Shown in pieces: positions 8,831 through 17,587 of a stretch of 64,000 bases of DNA. Each line of letters begins with the position of its first letter. Position 1 is the stretch's first letter. The notes below the pieces were generated by a model. That model saw only the letters and a program-made list of their open reading frames with translations. It was not told where the DNA came from and did not search any database. Origin of the DNA: Gammaproteobacteria bacterium (GTDB lineage Bacteria > Pseudomonadota > Gammaproteobacteria > GCA-001735895). A program made the position numbers and the translations under genes. The stretch spans positions 1-64,000 of the forward strand of contig JBNKUM010000100.1 of NCBI GenBank assembly GCA_050298595.1, written 5' to 3'.

Positions 8831-8862
8831 AACCGGGTGTTTCTCAACATCCGGTTTTTTTT
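8831..8862 (+). terminator. Rho-independent terminator
   Basis: AACCGGGTGTT-TCTC-AACATCCGGTT followed by a T run. Confidence 0.85.
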
Positions 8863-8928
8863 GAGTGAAACAAATGTGGGTTCCGTGATAATTTGAACTT
8901 GAATTAAGTGAGTAGAAGAGTATCAAAA

Positions 8929-9384
8929 ATGGCGCAATATAGCTTTGTAGAAGATCCGCGGGGTGGCGTAGGGATGGAAATAATCGCCAGGGATCATGAT
9001 GATATGTTTAATGCTGCGACTGCAGCCTTATGTCTTTACATGTGGGATCAGGACACTGTAGAGGAGCGTGAAGAGGTCGAGGTTTCATGGTATGGATTCG
9101 ATATACCAACGACGGTAGTGGGGCTGCTTTCTGAAATTCTGTTCCGGATGGATAATGATGGTTGGGTGTTTAAACGTTTTGTAACGCGCAGTATTGAAGA
9201 AGTTGATGATCTGGATGAGCGGCATAGGAAAAAACAGTTAAAAATTACAGGTACCGCCTATGGCGAAAAGTACCGAGCTGATAAACATATTCCACGTTTT
9301 CCTGTACAGGCAATATTATTGCCCAGGCTCAAGGTAAAAAAAGTTGAACAAGGGGTGCGCCTCTATTGCGTGCTGGATGCATGA
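8929..9384 (+). CDS. Archease-like protein with divergent signature motifs
   Basis: Colinear with the archease pattern (F.AA..AL, LL.E.LF..D..G..F, TAYGE...KH, terminal VLD); ATG 8929 preferred over GTG 8908. Confidence 0.7.
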   Translation: MAQYSFVEDPRGGVGMEIIARDHDDMFNAATAALCLYMWDQDTVEEREEVEVSWYGFDIPTTVVGLLSEILFRMDNDGWVFKRFVTRSIEEVDDLDERHRKKQLKITGTAYGEKYRADKHIPRFPVQAILLPRLKVKKVEQGVRLYCVLDA

Positions 9385-9394
9385 TTTTTATCGT

Positions 9395-9464
9395 GTTACT
9401 AAAAAGTAACGCTTCCAGGCATTTCCAGAGATTTTTTACCATTGCTCCGTTACTGATTGGTAAC
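9395..9464. promoter_or_regulatory. Putative enhancer (UAS) pair for a sigma54 activator
   Basis: GTTAC-TAAAAA-GTAAC at 9395-9410 and GTTAC-TGATTG-GTAAC at 9449-9464, the same motif as upstream of moaA. Confidence 0.7.
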
Positions 9465-9560
9465 CATGAATTCGTAATATCCACATGAATTGCGATGTAA
9501 TTATTTGCTAATAAATAATTAACCATAAAATACAGTCACTTAAGTTTGTTTTTTCTCCTT

Positions 9561-9576
9561 TGGCATAAGGGTTGCT
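9561..9576 (+). promoter_or_regulatory. Sigma54 -24/-12 promoter of the molybdoenzyme operon
   Basis: TGGCATAAGGGTTGCT with exact GG-N10-GC spacing. Confidence 0.8.
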
Positions 9577-9666
9577 TAGAGTAATCAAACTTCATTGTTT
9601 TCAATGGGGTTATTACATACGCACCGAAATATTTCGGTCGAATAAAAATCCTTAGGAGGAATTCTT

Positions 9667-10389
9667 ATGTCAGTTGGTCTCCAGGCTGAACCATCTTTAG
9701 GAGTACCGGGTAAAAAGCGCTGGGCCATGGTTATCGACCTACGTCGTTGTATAGGTTGTATGGCCTGTGTCTGCGCAGATAAGGCTGAATATGATGTCCC
9801 ACTTGGCGTGTGGCGCACCATGGTTAAAGTCAAAGATACCGGAACTTACCCTAATACCAAGCGTCATTTTATGCCGCGACTTTGTAATCATTGCGATAAT
9901 CCACCTTGTGTACGTAACTGCCCAACAGAGGCAACTTATAAACATGAAGATGGTTTTGTATTGCAAAGATATGATCGCTGTATCGCTTGCAGAACCTGTA
10001 TTGCTGCTTGCCCTTATAACGCACGTCATGTCCTTCCAAAAAACAGGGACAGAGTAAAAATTAGTGGCGTTATTGATAAGTGCACATTCTGTAATCATCG
10101 CGTTGAAAAGGGGCTTGCCCCTGCCTGTGTGCAGACCTGTCTAGGTCGTTCGAGAATTTTTGGTGACCTTAATGATCCGAAAAGTGAAGTGTCTCGTCTG
10201 GTTGCTCGTCACAAAACGGTCGTGTTAAAGCCTGACAAAGGTACCTCACCACAGGTTTATTATGTAAAGCCTGATCGAGCAATGACTGAGCAGGTATTCA
10301 GTGCCCCGAAATCTTATGCAGCGCGTGCTGATGAAGCAGCGTTCTATAAGCATAACCGTGGCAGTAAATTCTTTTCTGGCGTTCTATAG
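9667..10389 (+). CDS. Four-cluster 4Fe-4S electron transfer subunit (PsrB/NrfC/TtrB/ArrB family)
   Basis: CIGCMAC, CNHCDNPPC, CIACRTC and CTFC motifs; RBS AGGAGG. Confidence 0.95.
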   Translation: MSVGLQAEPSLGVPGKKRWAMVIDLRRCIGCMACVCADKAEYDVPLGVWRTMVKVKDTGTYPNTKRHFMPRLCNHCDNPPCVRNCPTEATYKHEDGFVLQRYDRCIACRTCIAACPYNARHVLPKNRDRVKISGVIDKCTFCNHRVEKGLAPACVQTCLGRSRIFGDLNDPKSEVSRLVARHKTVVLKPDKGTSPQVYYVKPDRAMTEQVFSAPKSYAARADEAAFYKHNRGSKFFSGVL

Positions 10390-10399
10390 GAGACATATC

Positions 10400-11287
10400 A
10401 TGTTTGAATACATGGACTACAACATCGCTCCTTGGGGGCACGAAATTGTCATTTACTTTTTTCTGATTGGTGCTGCAGCAATGACGTTTGTATATGCTGC
10501 TGCACCGGCGGTATTTGGTGATACGCTCGGTGGCGCAGCTAAGGCCATGGAGCCTTTCCAGAAAACGGGAATGATTATCTCATTGATATTGCTGCTTGTC
10601 TGTGCACCGCTACTGATCACTGATCTGGGTCAGCCGGGGCGCTTCCTGTACCCGATTATCCATTTTCACTGGACTTCGCCATTGTCCTGGGGTTCTTTGT
10701 TTCTACCACTGTTTGGTGCCTGTATCGTGGGTTACTACTTTGGTCTGCTAAAAGAGAATGCCGGCTTAATGCGCCTGACCGGTATTCTTGGGTCATTGCT
10801 GGCCTTATCTATGCCTTTATATACGGGGCTGGATTTGATGGTGAATCAGTCGCGTGAATTGTGGAGTAACCCAACAATACCTTTGCTGTTTGTTATTTTG
10901 TCGGTCAGTTCAGGTACCGCTGTGGTAGCAGTAACGCAAATGCTTCGAGGCGGAATAAATGAAAAGGTGGCAGAGTTTCTGCACCTGTTTTTATATATCT
11001 CGTTGTCTGTCACATTGGCACTATTTCTCGCTGAGTGGGTGGTGTTAAATTATGGATCAGGTGAAAAACAGCAGGCCTATGCCATCATCAATCAGCAGTT
11101 TTCTATGCAGTGGTGGGGCTTAACATTCTTTGTCGGAATTCTGATCCCTCTGGCGATGATCGCTGTTCCAAGAATTGGCCGTAATCCGATGGTGTTGACA
11201 CTTGCGTCTGTGCTGAGTCTGGTGGGTGCTTTTACCTTCAGAGAAGTATTGATCTACGCAGGTCAACTTACCATGATCAATTTCTAA
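10400..11287 (+). CDS. NrfD/PsrC family membrane anchor / quinol-interacting subunit
   Basis: WG..I..YFFL.G, DLGQP.RF, SPLSWG and YTG motifs; ~8 TM segments; ATG 10400 has RBS AGGAG. Confidence 0.92.
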   Translation: MFEYMDYNIAPWGHEIVIYFFLIGAAAMTFVYAAAPAVFGDTLGGAAKAMEPFQKTGMIISLILLLVCAPLLITDLGQPGRFLYPIIHFHWTSPLSWGSLFLPLFGACIVGYYFGLLKENAGLMRLTGILGSLLALSMPLYTGLDLMVNQSRELWSNPTIPLLFVILSVSSGTAVVAVTQMLRGGINEKVAEFLHLFLYISLSVTLALFLAEWVVLNYGSGEKQQAYAIINQQFSMQWWGLTFFVGILIPLAMIAVPRIGRNPMVLTLASVLSLVGAFTFREVLIYAGQLTMINF

Positions 11288-11299
11288 GGAGATATAATA

Positions 11300-13969
11300 A
11301 TGAACGAAACATTAAAATTTTCCAGACGCTCCTTCATGAAATTGGGTGGAGCGATTGGAGGGGCTGCTTCGGTGGTTACTTTAGGTAGCAGCCGCCTGGA
11401 AGCGATGGAACAGGATCTGGGCGGAAAAGACTTTTCGCCTACCACGGGTGCCGCTAGAACGGCGGTACCTTATACCTGCCTGGCCTGTAATATCGAAGAC
11501 GGTGGTGTGGCTTATGTAGAGAATGGTCGCATCGTTAAGCTTGAAGGTAATATGGATCATCCAAATACGCGCGGAAAACTGTGCGCCAAGGGTAATTCCG
11601 GTTATCTGCATGTGTACGACCCTGATCGTATCATGACGCCTCTATTACGCACCGGTAAGCGTGGAGAGGGTAAGTGGAAGCGTATCTCTTACGCTGAAGC
11701 GGCCACGATTCTGGCAGGTAAATTGCGGGAAGTGATTGATCGCTCTAATGAGCATGATGATCCGGCAATTCTGAATGAAATAGTGTTCAAATATGGTCGT
11801 GATAGAACGGGTGGTGCGGTTGGTCGATTTATGCACGCGCTTGGCTCCAATACAATTATCAATCATACAAATATCTGTGAATCTTCCAAAAAAGTTGGTC
11901 TTGAGCCTTCATGGGGACCAGATATTGAGTCATGCGACTGGGCGAATACTAAATACATACTGAACTTTGGTTCAAATGTACTTGAAACGGCTTATTTCAT
12001 GAACCCGAATGCGCAGCGCCTGGTTGATGGCGTGGTCGGTAACAAAGCCAAGCTGGTAAGCTTTGATGTGCGCATGTCGAATACATCAGGTTTTGCCGAT
12101 GAGGCTTTTTATCCATACCCTGGCACCGATGGTGCCATCGCCCTGGCCATGTGCCATGTGATTATGAATGAGGGGCTGTATGACGCGGATTTTATCCGTG
12201 ACTGGACCAATGTCAGTGTTGAACAGTTGATCGATCATCTGAAGCCGTATACGCCTGAGTATGCAGAAGATGAGTCTGGTATCCCGGCTAAGGATATACG
12301 TCGTATTGCTCGCGAATTTGCCACTACCAAGCCGGCAACAACATTCTCCTATCGTGGTCCTGCCAAGCACATTTGGGGTGCTTATCAGGAAGCCTCAATT
12401 CATATGATTAATGTGATCACGGGCAATGTTGAAAAGAAAGGTGGTTATTGTCTGCCACGTGGTATGGGCTGGCCTCAACCACAGCCTGAGCCACCCAAGG
12501 GTAAGGCTGCAAGTGTACTGGCTGCGCCACCACTATATCCATTAGCCTCGCATCATGTTTCAACGCATGCACCCTATATGATTAAAAAAGGTGAAGCCAG
12601 GGTATCGGTGTGGATGTCTTACTACGATAACCCGGTTTACACCTATCCTTCGAGTCATGTATGGGATGATCTGCTGCGTGATGAAACAACCATTCCGTTT
12701 TTCACATCATTCAGTCCCTATATGTCTGAAACAACCGAACTGGCCGATCTGATTATTCCGGATGTGACCTATCTTGAACGACATGATCCCGAGTCTATGC
12801 CTAGTGGATTATATCCCTGTCTATCCATTCGCCAGCCGGTCACCAAGCCATTGGCGGGTACACAGGAGTTCCGTCAAACGCTGATAGATGTGATGCAAAA
12901 GGTCGATCCAGATGGCTCTCTGGGGATGAAGAAATACTTTGCTTTCAATACGGTTGAAGACTGGATGAAAGCTCATTTTGATAATATCCCCGGCCTGAAA
13001 GAAGAAGGTGGCTGGAACCACATGAAGAAAAAAGGAGTTTGGCCTATCTACGGTGAAGTGGATAAGACTAGCGCCAAGCTGGTCGATAGAAATGGCAATG
13101 AAGTAGAGCCAGAGTATGGTCTGTATACCAAAGAATTGTCTGCGGCTGATATGTCAGGTGCCACAGTCGATAGTGAAGGTCTGATCATGAAAGATGGAAA
13201 AGTAATCGGAGTGAATGCCAACGGCAAAAACATGGTGGGTTTTGGAACACCTTCTCACCGGATTGAAATCTATAAAGAAAGCTTTAAGAAATATGGATTC
13301 AATCCTATGCCGGTTTATAAGCGACTGGAATCTCGTAACAAGAAGCCGGATGAACTGGTGCTCACTACCTATAAGGTGAATGTGCATACGCAAAGTCGAA
13401 CCGCTTCGCTGAAGTTTCTGGCCGAGCTGTACCATAAAAATCCAGCCTGGATTAACCCAAAAACAGCCAATTCTAGAGGTATTAAGGATGGTGATTTGAT
13501 CAGGGTGACTTCAACGCTGGGGCATATTGTGACTCGTGCTCATGTGACACAGGGTATCCATCCTGATGTGGTAGCGATTTCAACCGCCTGTGGTCATAAC
13601 GCCTATGGTCGCCTGGCCCAGCTGAAACAGAAACAGCAGGCTGCTGACTGGGCGCAAGGTGGTGATCCGGATATCACCAATAATGTCTGGTGGGATGATA
13701 AAGGGGTGCATCCGAATCCCATTATCAAGCTCGCCGTTGATCCTATTGGTGGTTCGCAGGGTTGGTACGATACTGTCGTTACCGTATCCAAAGCTCAAGC
13801 CGGAGATAAATATGGTGATACCCAGGCGAGTGTTGAGGAATCTATGAAGGATTATGAAGAGACACTACGTTATGCCTATAACGGTGATTTGCATCGTAAA
13901 CACCATCAGGAAGTGGATATAGACTGGGATAATTTACCACATCCAGCTATGTCATCTGGCGGTCATTAA
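11300..13969 (+). CDS. Periplasmic molybdopterin oxidoreductase catalytic subunit, DMSO-reductase family (Arr/Arx/Anr/Ttr-related; possibly AnrA-like)
   Basis: Tat signal SRRSFMK; N-terminal FeS motif C-x2-C-x3-D-x27-C; NHTNICE (candidate Mo-ligand Cys); PGTDGA; C-terminal bis-MGD binding domain. Confidence 0.92.
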   Translation: MNETLKFSRRSFMKLGGAIGGAASVVTLGSSRLEAMEQDLGGKDFSPTTGAARTAVPYTCLACNIEDGGVAYVENGRIVKLEGNMDHPNTRGKLCAKGNSGYLHVYDPDRIMTPLLRTGKRGEGKWKRISYAEAATILAGKLREVIDRSNEHDDPAILNEIVFKYGRDRTGGAVGRFMHALGSNTIINHTNICESSKKVGLEPSWGPDIESCDWANTKYILNFGSNVLETAYFMNPNAQRLVDGVVGNKAKLVSFDVRMSNTSGFADEAFYPYPGTDGAIALAMCHVIMNEGLYDADFIRDWTNVSVEQLIDHLKPYTPEYAEDESGIPAKDIRRIAREFATTKPATTFSYRGPAKHIWGAYQEASIHMINVITGNVEKKGGYCLPRGMGWPQPQPEPPKGKAASVLAAPPLYPLASHHVSTHAPYMIKKGEARVSVWMSYYDNPVYTYPSSHVWDDLLRDETTIPFFTSFSPYMSETTELADLIIPDVTYLERHDPESMPSGLYPCLSIRQPVTKPLAGTQEFRQTLIDVMQKVDPDGSLGMKKYFAFNTVEDWMKAHFDNIPGLKEEGGWNHMKKKGVWPIYGEVDKTSAKLVDRNGNEVEPEYGLYTKELSAADMSGATVDSEGLIMKDGKVIGVNANGKNMVGFGTPSHRIEIYKESFKKYGFNPMPVYKRLESRNKKPDELVLTTYKVNVHTQSRTASLKFLAELYHKNPAWINPKTANSRGIKDGDLIRVTSTLGHIVTRAHVTQGIHPDVVAISTACGHNAYGRLAQLKQKQQAADWAQGGDPDITNNVWWDDKGVHPNPIIKLAVDPIGGSQGWYDTVVTVSKAQAGDKYGDTQASVEESMKDYEETLRYAYNGDLHRKHHQEVDIDWDNLPHPAMSSGGH

Positions 13970-13976
13970 AACTGAT

Positions 13977-14004
13977 AACACCCTGGCAGTCATGTCAGGG
14001 TGTT
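13977..14004 (+). terminator. Intercistronic stem-loop (partial terminator or mRNA stabiliser)
   Basis: AACACCCTGGCA-GTCA-TGTCAGGGTGTT followed by CTTATT. Confidence 0.6.
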
Positions 14005-14022
14005 CTTATTCAGGGGAGCGAT

Positions 14023-14793
14023 ATGCAAACAAATATAACAAATAGCACTGAAGCACAAAGTGGCAGCGAGCAGTCAATGATTAATCAGGCCTTACATAAT
14101 AGAGTGGAAAATGTACTGTCCTTGAGCGGTCTTTTTGGTTTTTTTAGTCGCTGTATTGAGCAGGAAGCGGATGCTGAATTTTTACATATGTTACGTAATG
14201 AATTGAGGCCCTCGATTGAGGAATCGGGACTTCAGTTTGATGAAAGTTTCTATACGGTACCAATAGACGAGTTAAAGGAGATACTGGCAGAAGAATTTAC
14301 CGGCTTATTTGTCGCGCCGGGCTGTGTCAGTCCCTACGCATCGGTTTTTGAAACCGGTTGTATGTTCAAGGAGCCAGCGGATAAAGCACTCAACGCTTAT
14401 CAGCAGGCTGGCTGGGATTATAAAAACGTCTACAGCGGTGAATTTCCGGATCATATAGGTACAATGCTGGGTTTTTATGGAATCCTGTGTGCTACCGAGG
14501 CAGACAGTCTTGATGCGGGTGATGTAGAGTCTGCAGACAGGATTAAGGCAGTTCGAGAATCATTTTTAGTTGAACAGTTGGGACGATGGGGGCCGGGGTG
14601 GTGTCATCTGGCTGCACAGGCCGCCAACCTGACTTTCTATAAACAGATTTTGACTATGGTTGAGCAAACATTATGGTCAGAATTGACGCAGATGGTTGAT
14701 CGACGTGAATTGAAGGCGCTGGCTGAACTGAATAAGCGCGAACCCAAGCGTATGGATTATGATGCCGACTTCAGAAAGGCATCAGGATTATGA
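14023..14793 (+). CDS. TorD/DmsD family molybdoenzyme maturation chaperone
   Basis: EFTGLF, PYASVF and EFPDHIG motifs; directly follows the catalytic subunit. Confidence 0.92.
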   Translation: MQTNITNSTEAQSGSEQSMINQALHNRVENVLSLSGLFGFFSRCIEQEADAEFLHMLRNELRPSIEESGLQFDESFYTVPIDELKEILAEEFTGLFVAPGCVSPYASVFETGCMFKEPADKALNAYQQAGWDYKNVYSGEFPDHIGTMLGFYGILCATEADSLDAGDVESADRIKAVRESFLVEQLGRWGPGWCHLAAQAANLTFYKQILTMVEQTLWSELTQMVDRRELKALAELNKREPKRMDYDADFRKASGL

Positions 14794-15932
14794 GTCAACA
14801 GGCTTTGCGAGTATTAGTGGTTGAAGCCTCGGGTCGAGGCTTTCTCAATCACTATTCTCATGCATTAGCGCTGGGATTGCATCAGCAAGGTGTCGAGGTT
14901 GAGTTGTTAACCGGCGAGCGTGATGAGCTGGTTGGCTGGAATGTGCCATTCCCCAAACAGTCCTGCATTCAGTCAGGTCGTAAAGGGTGGCGTTGTGTGC
15001 GAGAAAAAATCGCTCGTAGCAAACCCGATGTCGTACATTTTCAGTGGGTTGATAATCCGCTAGCTGTTTATCGCTTGCTGCGATGGATGAAGCGACGTGG
15101 TATTAAGGTCGTGTATACCCCACATAATGTATTACCGCATGAAAAAAGGTGGATACTGATGCCATTTTATCGCTTGCTTTATCAAGCGATGGATAAGGTA
15201 GTAGCGCGTGACATGCATATTGCCTGGGCATTAGAAGAGCTGCTGGATGTGCACAAGGAAACTATTGAGCACATACCAGGAAGCCCCAATTTATTAGCAA
15301 CTCGTTTCACTGAATGTGACGATTCTCTATTCCCTGATAAAACAACGGGTGAAAAACGCATACTGTTCTTTGGTCATGGCTGTAGCCGTAAGGGGCTGGA
15401 TATGTTACTTAAGCTATTCAGCGAAAATGACTGGCCTGAGCAATATCACTTGCTGCTAGCAGGTGAGGGCGTGTTATCAAAGGTGCCTGAGTCATTGCTG
15501 ATGTCTGCCAGAAAGAAAATAAAAATCACAGCAGTGCATCAATATATTGCGCCCAATCAGGTCGCTAATTTATTTTCCAGTGCAAATCTATTGGTTATGC
15601 CTTATATCAAGCAATGCAAAAGCCCATTACTTGATTTGGCTGCTGCATTAAATTTACCTGTGCTGAAATCAAACCGGGTTGAAGGTGCAGATTTTCGTGA
15701 ACATATCCATGGCTTGACTTTTTCACATGATGACCCTGATGCATTGTTAACTCACCTGAGAAATTTTGAATGGGTGAGTAAAGTGAAAATTAATTTGCAT
15801 AGTCTGGGAACTGCTGAGGCATCAATTCAACGTTTGGCATTTGGGCATAAAAACCTGTATCAGTCGCTTATGAATATGCGGGGCGTTGATATTCACGATG
15901 CGCTATTAACACATAATAAAGCAACCGTTTAA
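14790..15932 (+). CDS. GT-B fold glycosyltransferase (GT4-like)
   Basis: PDVVHFQW, VYTPHNVLPHE, LFFG....KGLD and LVMPY motifs. Confidence 0.85.
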   Translation: MSQQALRVLVVEASGRGFLNHYSHALALGLHQQGVEVELLTGERDELVGWNVPFPKQSCIQSGRKGWRCVREKIARSKPDVVHFQWVDNPLAVYRLLRWMKRRGIKVVYTPHNVLPHEKRWILMPFYRLLYQAMDKVVARDMHIAWALEELLDVHKETIEHIPGSPNLLATRFTECDDSLFPDKTTGEKRILFFGHGCSRKGLDMLLKLFSENDWPEQYHLLLAGEGVLSKVPESLLMSARKKIKITAVHQYIAPNQVANLFSSANLLVMPYIKQCKSPLLDLAAALNLPVLKSNRVEGADFREHIHGLTFSHDDPDALLTHLRNFEWVSKVKINLHSLGTAEASIQRLAFGHKNLYQSLMNMRGVDIHDALLTHNKATV

Positions 15933-16008
15933 AATCAGGTGAAAATAGAAAATGTGCAGGCTTTGAATAGCCCGCAATCTTTAAAAAGAATTAACCAACT
16001 GAGGGTTT

Positions 16009-16422
16009 ATGTCAGGAGCAGGTAACACGATTATATTAATAGCCCATGATAATAAGGTCGCTGATTTGATCAAGTTAATGGGTAGTAAAAAACACGTGTT
16101 TGAACAATACCGCTTATTGGCTACCACCGAAACAGGTGAAGCCATTGAGCAGGCATTGGGGCTTGAAGTCACACACGTGTTTTCCGGTAAAAAAGGGGGA
16201 GAGATTCAATTGTGTGGACTGGTTTGTACCAATTCAGTCAGAGCAGTTTATTTCATTCGGGATGCGGTTAATCCGGCATATGATGAACCCGATATTTCTC
16301 CATTCTATCGTGCTTGTGATATCAATAATGTACCACTTGCTTCCAACATGGTAAGTGCAGTTGCGCTGACTCACTGGTTGGGAAGAAAAATTCCTGAGCC
16401 AGCAAAAGTGGCTAGCCAATGA
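16009..16422 (+). CDS. Methylglyoxal synthase-like protein with altered catalytic residues
   Basis: LIAHD.K, LAT..TG, SG..GGE.Q, F.RD, EPD and R.CD..NVPLA.N align with MgsA. Confidence 0.8.
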   Translation: MSGAGNTIILIAHDNKVADLIKLMGSKKHVFEQYRLLATTETGEAIEQALGLEVTHVFSGKKGGEIQLCGLVCTNSVRAVYFIRDAVNPAYDEPDISPFYRACDINNVPLASNMVSAVALTHWLGRKIPEPAKVASQ

Positions 16423-16423
16423 G

Positions 16424-17587
16424 TTGTTTATGCGATTAATGAACCAGCAGCAGGCCGGCGAGGTTTTATCATTATCAGATCTCATCATTGAAGATGAAAT
16501 GTGTATCAATCTTCGTGGCCGCATGATGCATTGCACCGCATGTAGTGATACCTGTCCTTCACAGGCGCTGACTTTAAGTGTCGATGGCATTGAACTTGAT
16601 AAGGAAAAATGTACCAGTTGTAATAGCTGTCTGCCATCCTGTGCAGCGGGTGCGTTAAGATCTAGTGGGTTTATCCCATCACGTTTTCTGGAAACACTAA
16701 AAGGTAAGCAGGAGATCCATTTTCATTGTCGCAACAGCAAGGATAAAGGGGGCGGTGTAGTCATTCCCTGTCATGCTGTGCTGGATGCGCGTTTACTGGC
16801 ATCGATTAGAGCGGAAGGATTTAGCGATGTAAAGATGCATGGTCTCGATCAATGCAGGGACTGTGATCTGGGTGATGCGCGTACACACATCAAAAATATT
16901 ATCGAGATTACTCAGTCCTGGATGGGTGAAAATGCTGCTAGCCTGGATTTAAAACCAGAACAAAACGATGCTAAAACAAAAGATCGTGAATTTCAGGATC
17001 AGACACATTTGGATCGACGCTCATTTTTACGTTTTGGTGGTGCGAAAACGGTTAACCATGTCGTCGAGTGGCTTGTACCTGCGCTGATGCAGGATGAAGA
17101 GGATGAAGAAGAGTTATTACCTTTTTATCAGGCGAGTGAATTTCCTCAACGAGCGGCAGCGTATCTGGCAGCTCTGATCCAGCGCATTGAACAGGTACCG
17201 TGGGCATCCGAAACTAATCTACCCTGGCAGATACGTACTGTTAACGAGGATTGTAGTGGCTGTTTGTCCTGTGGAGAGCGTTGTCCGACTGGCGCATTAA
17301 ATGCCGAAGAAACACCAGACTCAAGAAACCTGTCATTTGATCCTTCGTTGTGTACAGACTGCAAACTGTGCGAAAAGATTTGTCCGGAAAATGCGATAAC
17401 AGTGAGTAGTGCTAATAGTGTTGAAGATGTTTTAGCGGGCAGTGTCCTGATCATGCATATGGGTCAGACAGGTTGTAAACAATGTGGCGGGGCATTTATT
17501 CCCGCGCAAACTGATGAAGATATCTGTCCGATCTGCCGTAATGAACAGGATCTGGATGAAGAGTGGATGGAGATGCTATCTGAATAA
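16424..17587 (+). CDS. Polyferredoxin-like 4Fe-4S protein (ArxB2-like accessory)
   Basis: Four CxxCxxxCP-type groups, a C-terminal CxxC..CxxC and an internal RRSFL motif; start may be ATG 16430. Confidence 0.85.
   Translation: MFMRLMNQQQAGEVLSLSDLIIEDEMCINLRGRMMHCTACSDTCPSQALTLSVDGIELDKEKCTSCNSCLPSCAAGALRSSGFIPSRFLETLKGKQEIHFHCRNSKDKGGGVVIPCHAVLDARLLASIRAEGFSDVKMHGLDQCRDCDLGDARTHIKNIIEITQSWMGENAASLDLKPEQNDAKTKDREFQDQTHLDRRSFLRFGGAKTVNHVVEWLVPALMQDEEDEEELLPFYQASEFPQRAAAYLAALIQRIEQVPWASETNLPWQIRTVNEDCSGCLSCGERCPTGALNAEETPDSRNLSFDPSLCTDCKLCEKICPENAITVSSANSVEDVLAGSVLIMHMGQTGCKQCGGAFIPAQTDEDICPICRNEQDLDEEWMEMLSE

Noticed and set aside
10301-10399. N-terminal extensions given by the ORF track (also 28813-28848 and 42840-42908)
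   Set aside because: Downstream ATGs have clear RBS or align with homologous starts
11300-13969. Assigning the symbol arrA, arxA, ttrA or anrA
   Set aside because: The motifs do not match ArrA or ArxA as recalled, and AnrA identity cannot be confirmed without a phylogeny; no in-frame TGA suggesting selenocysteine
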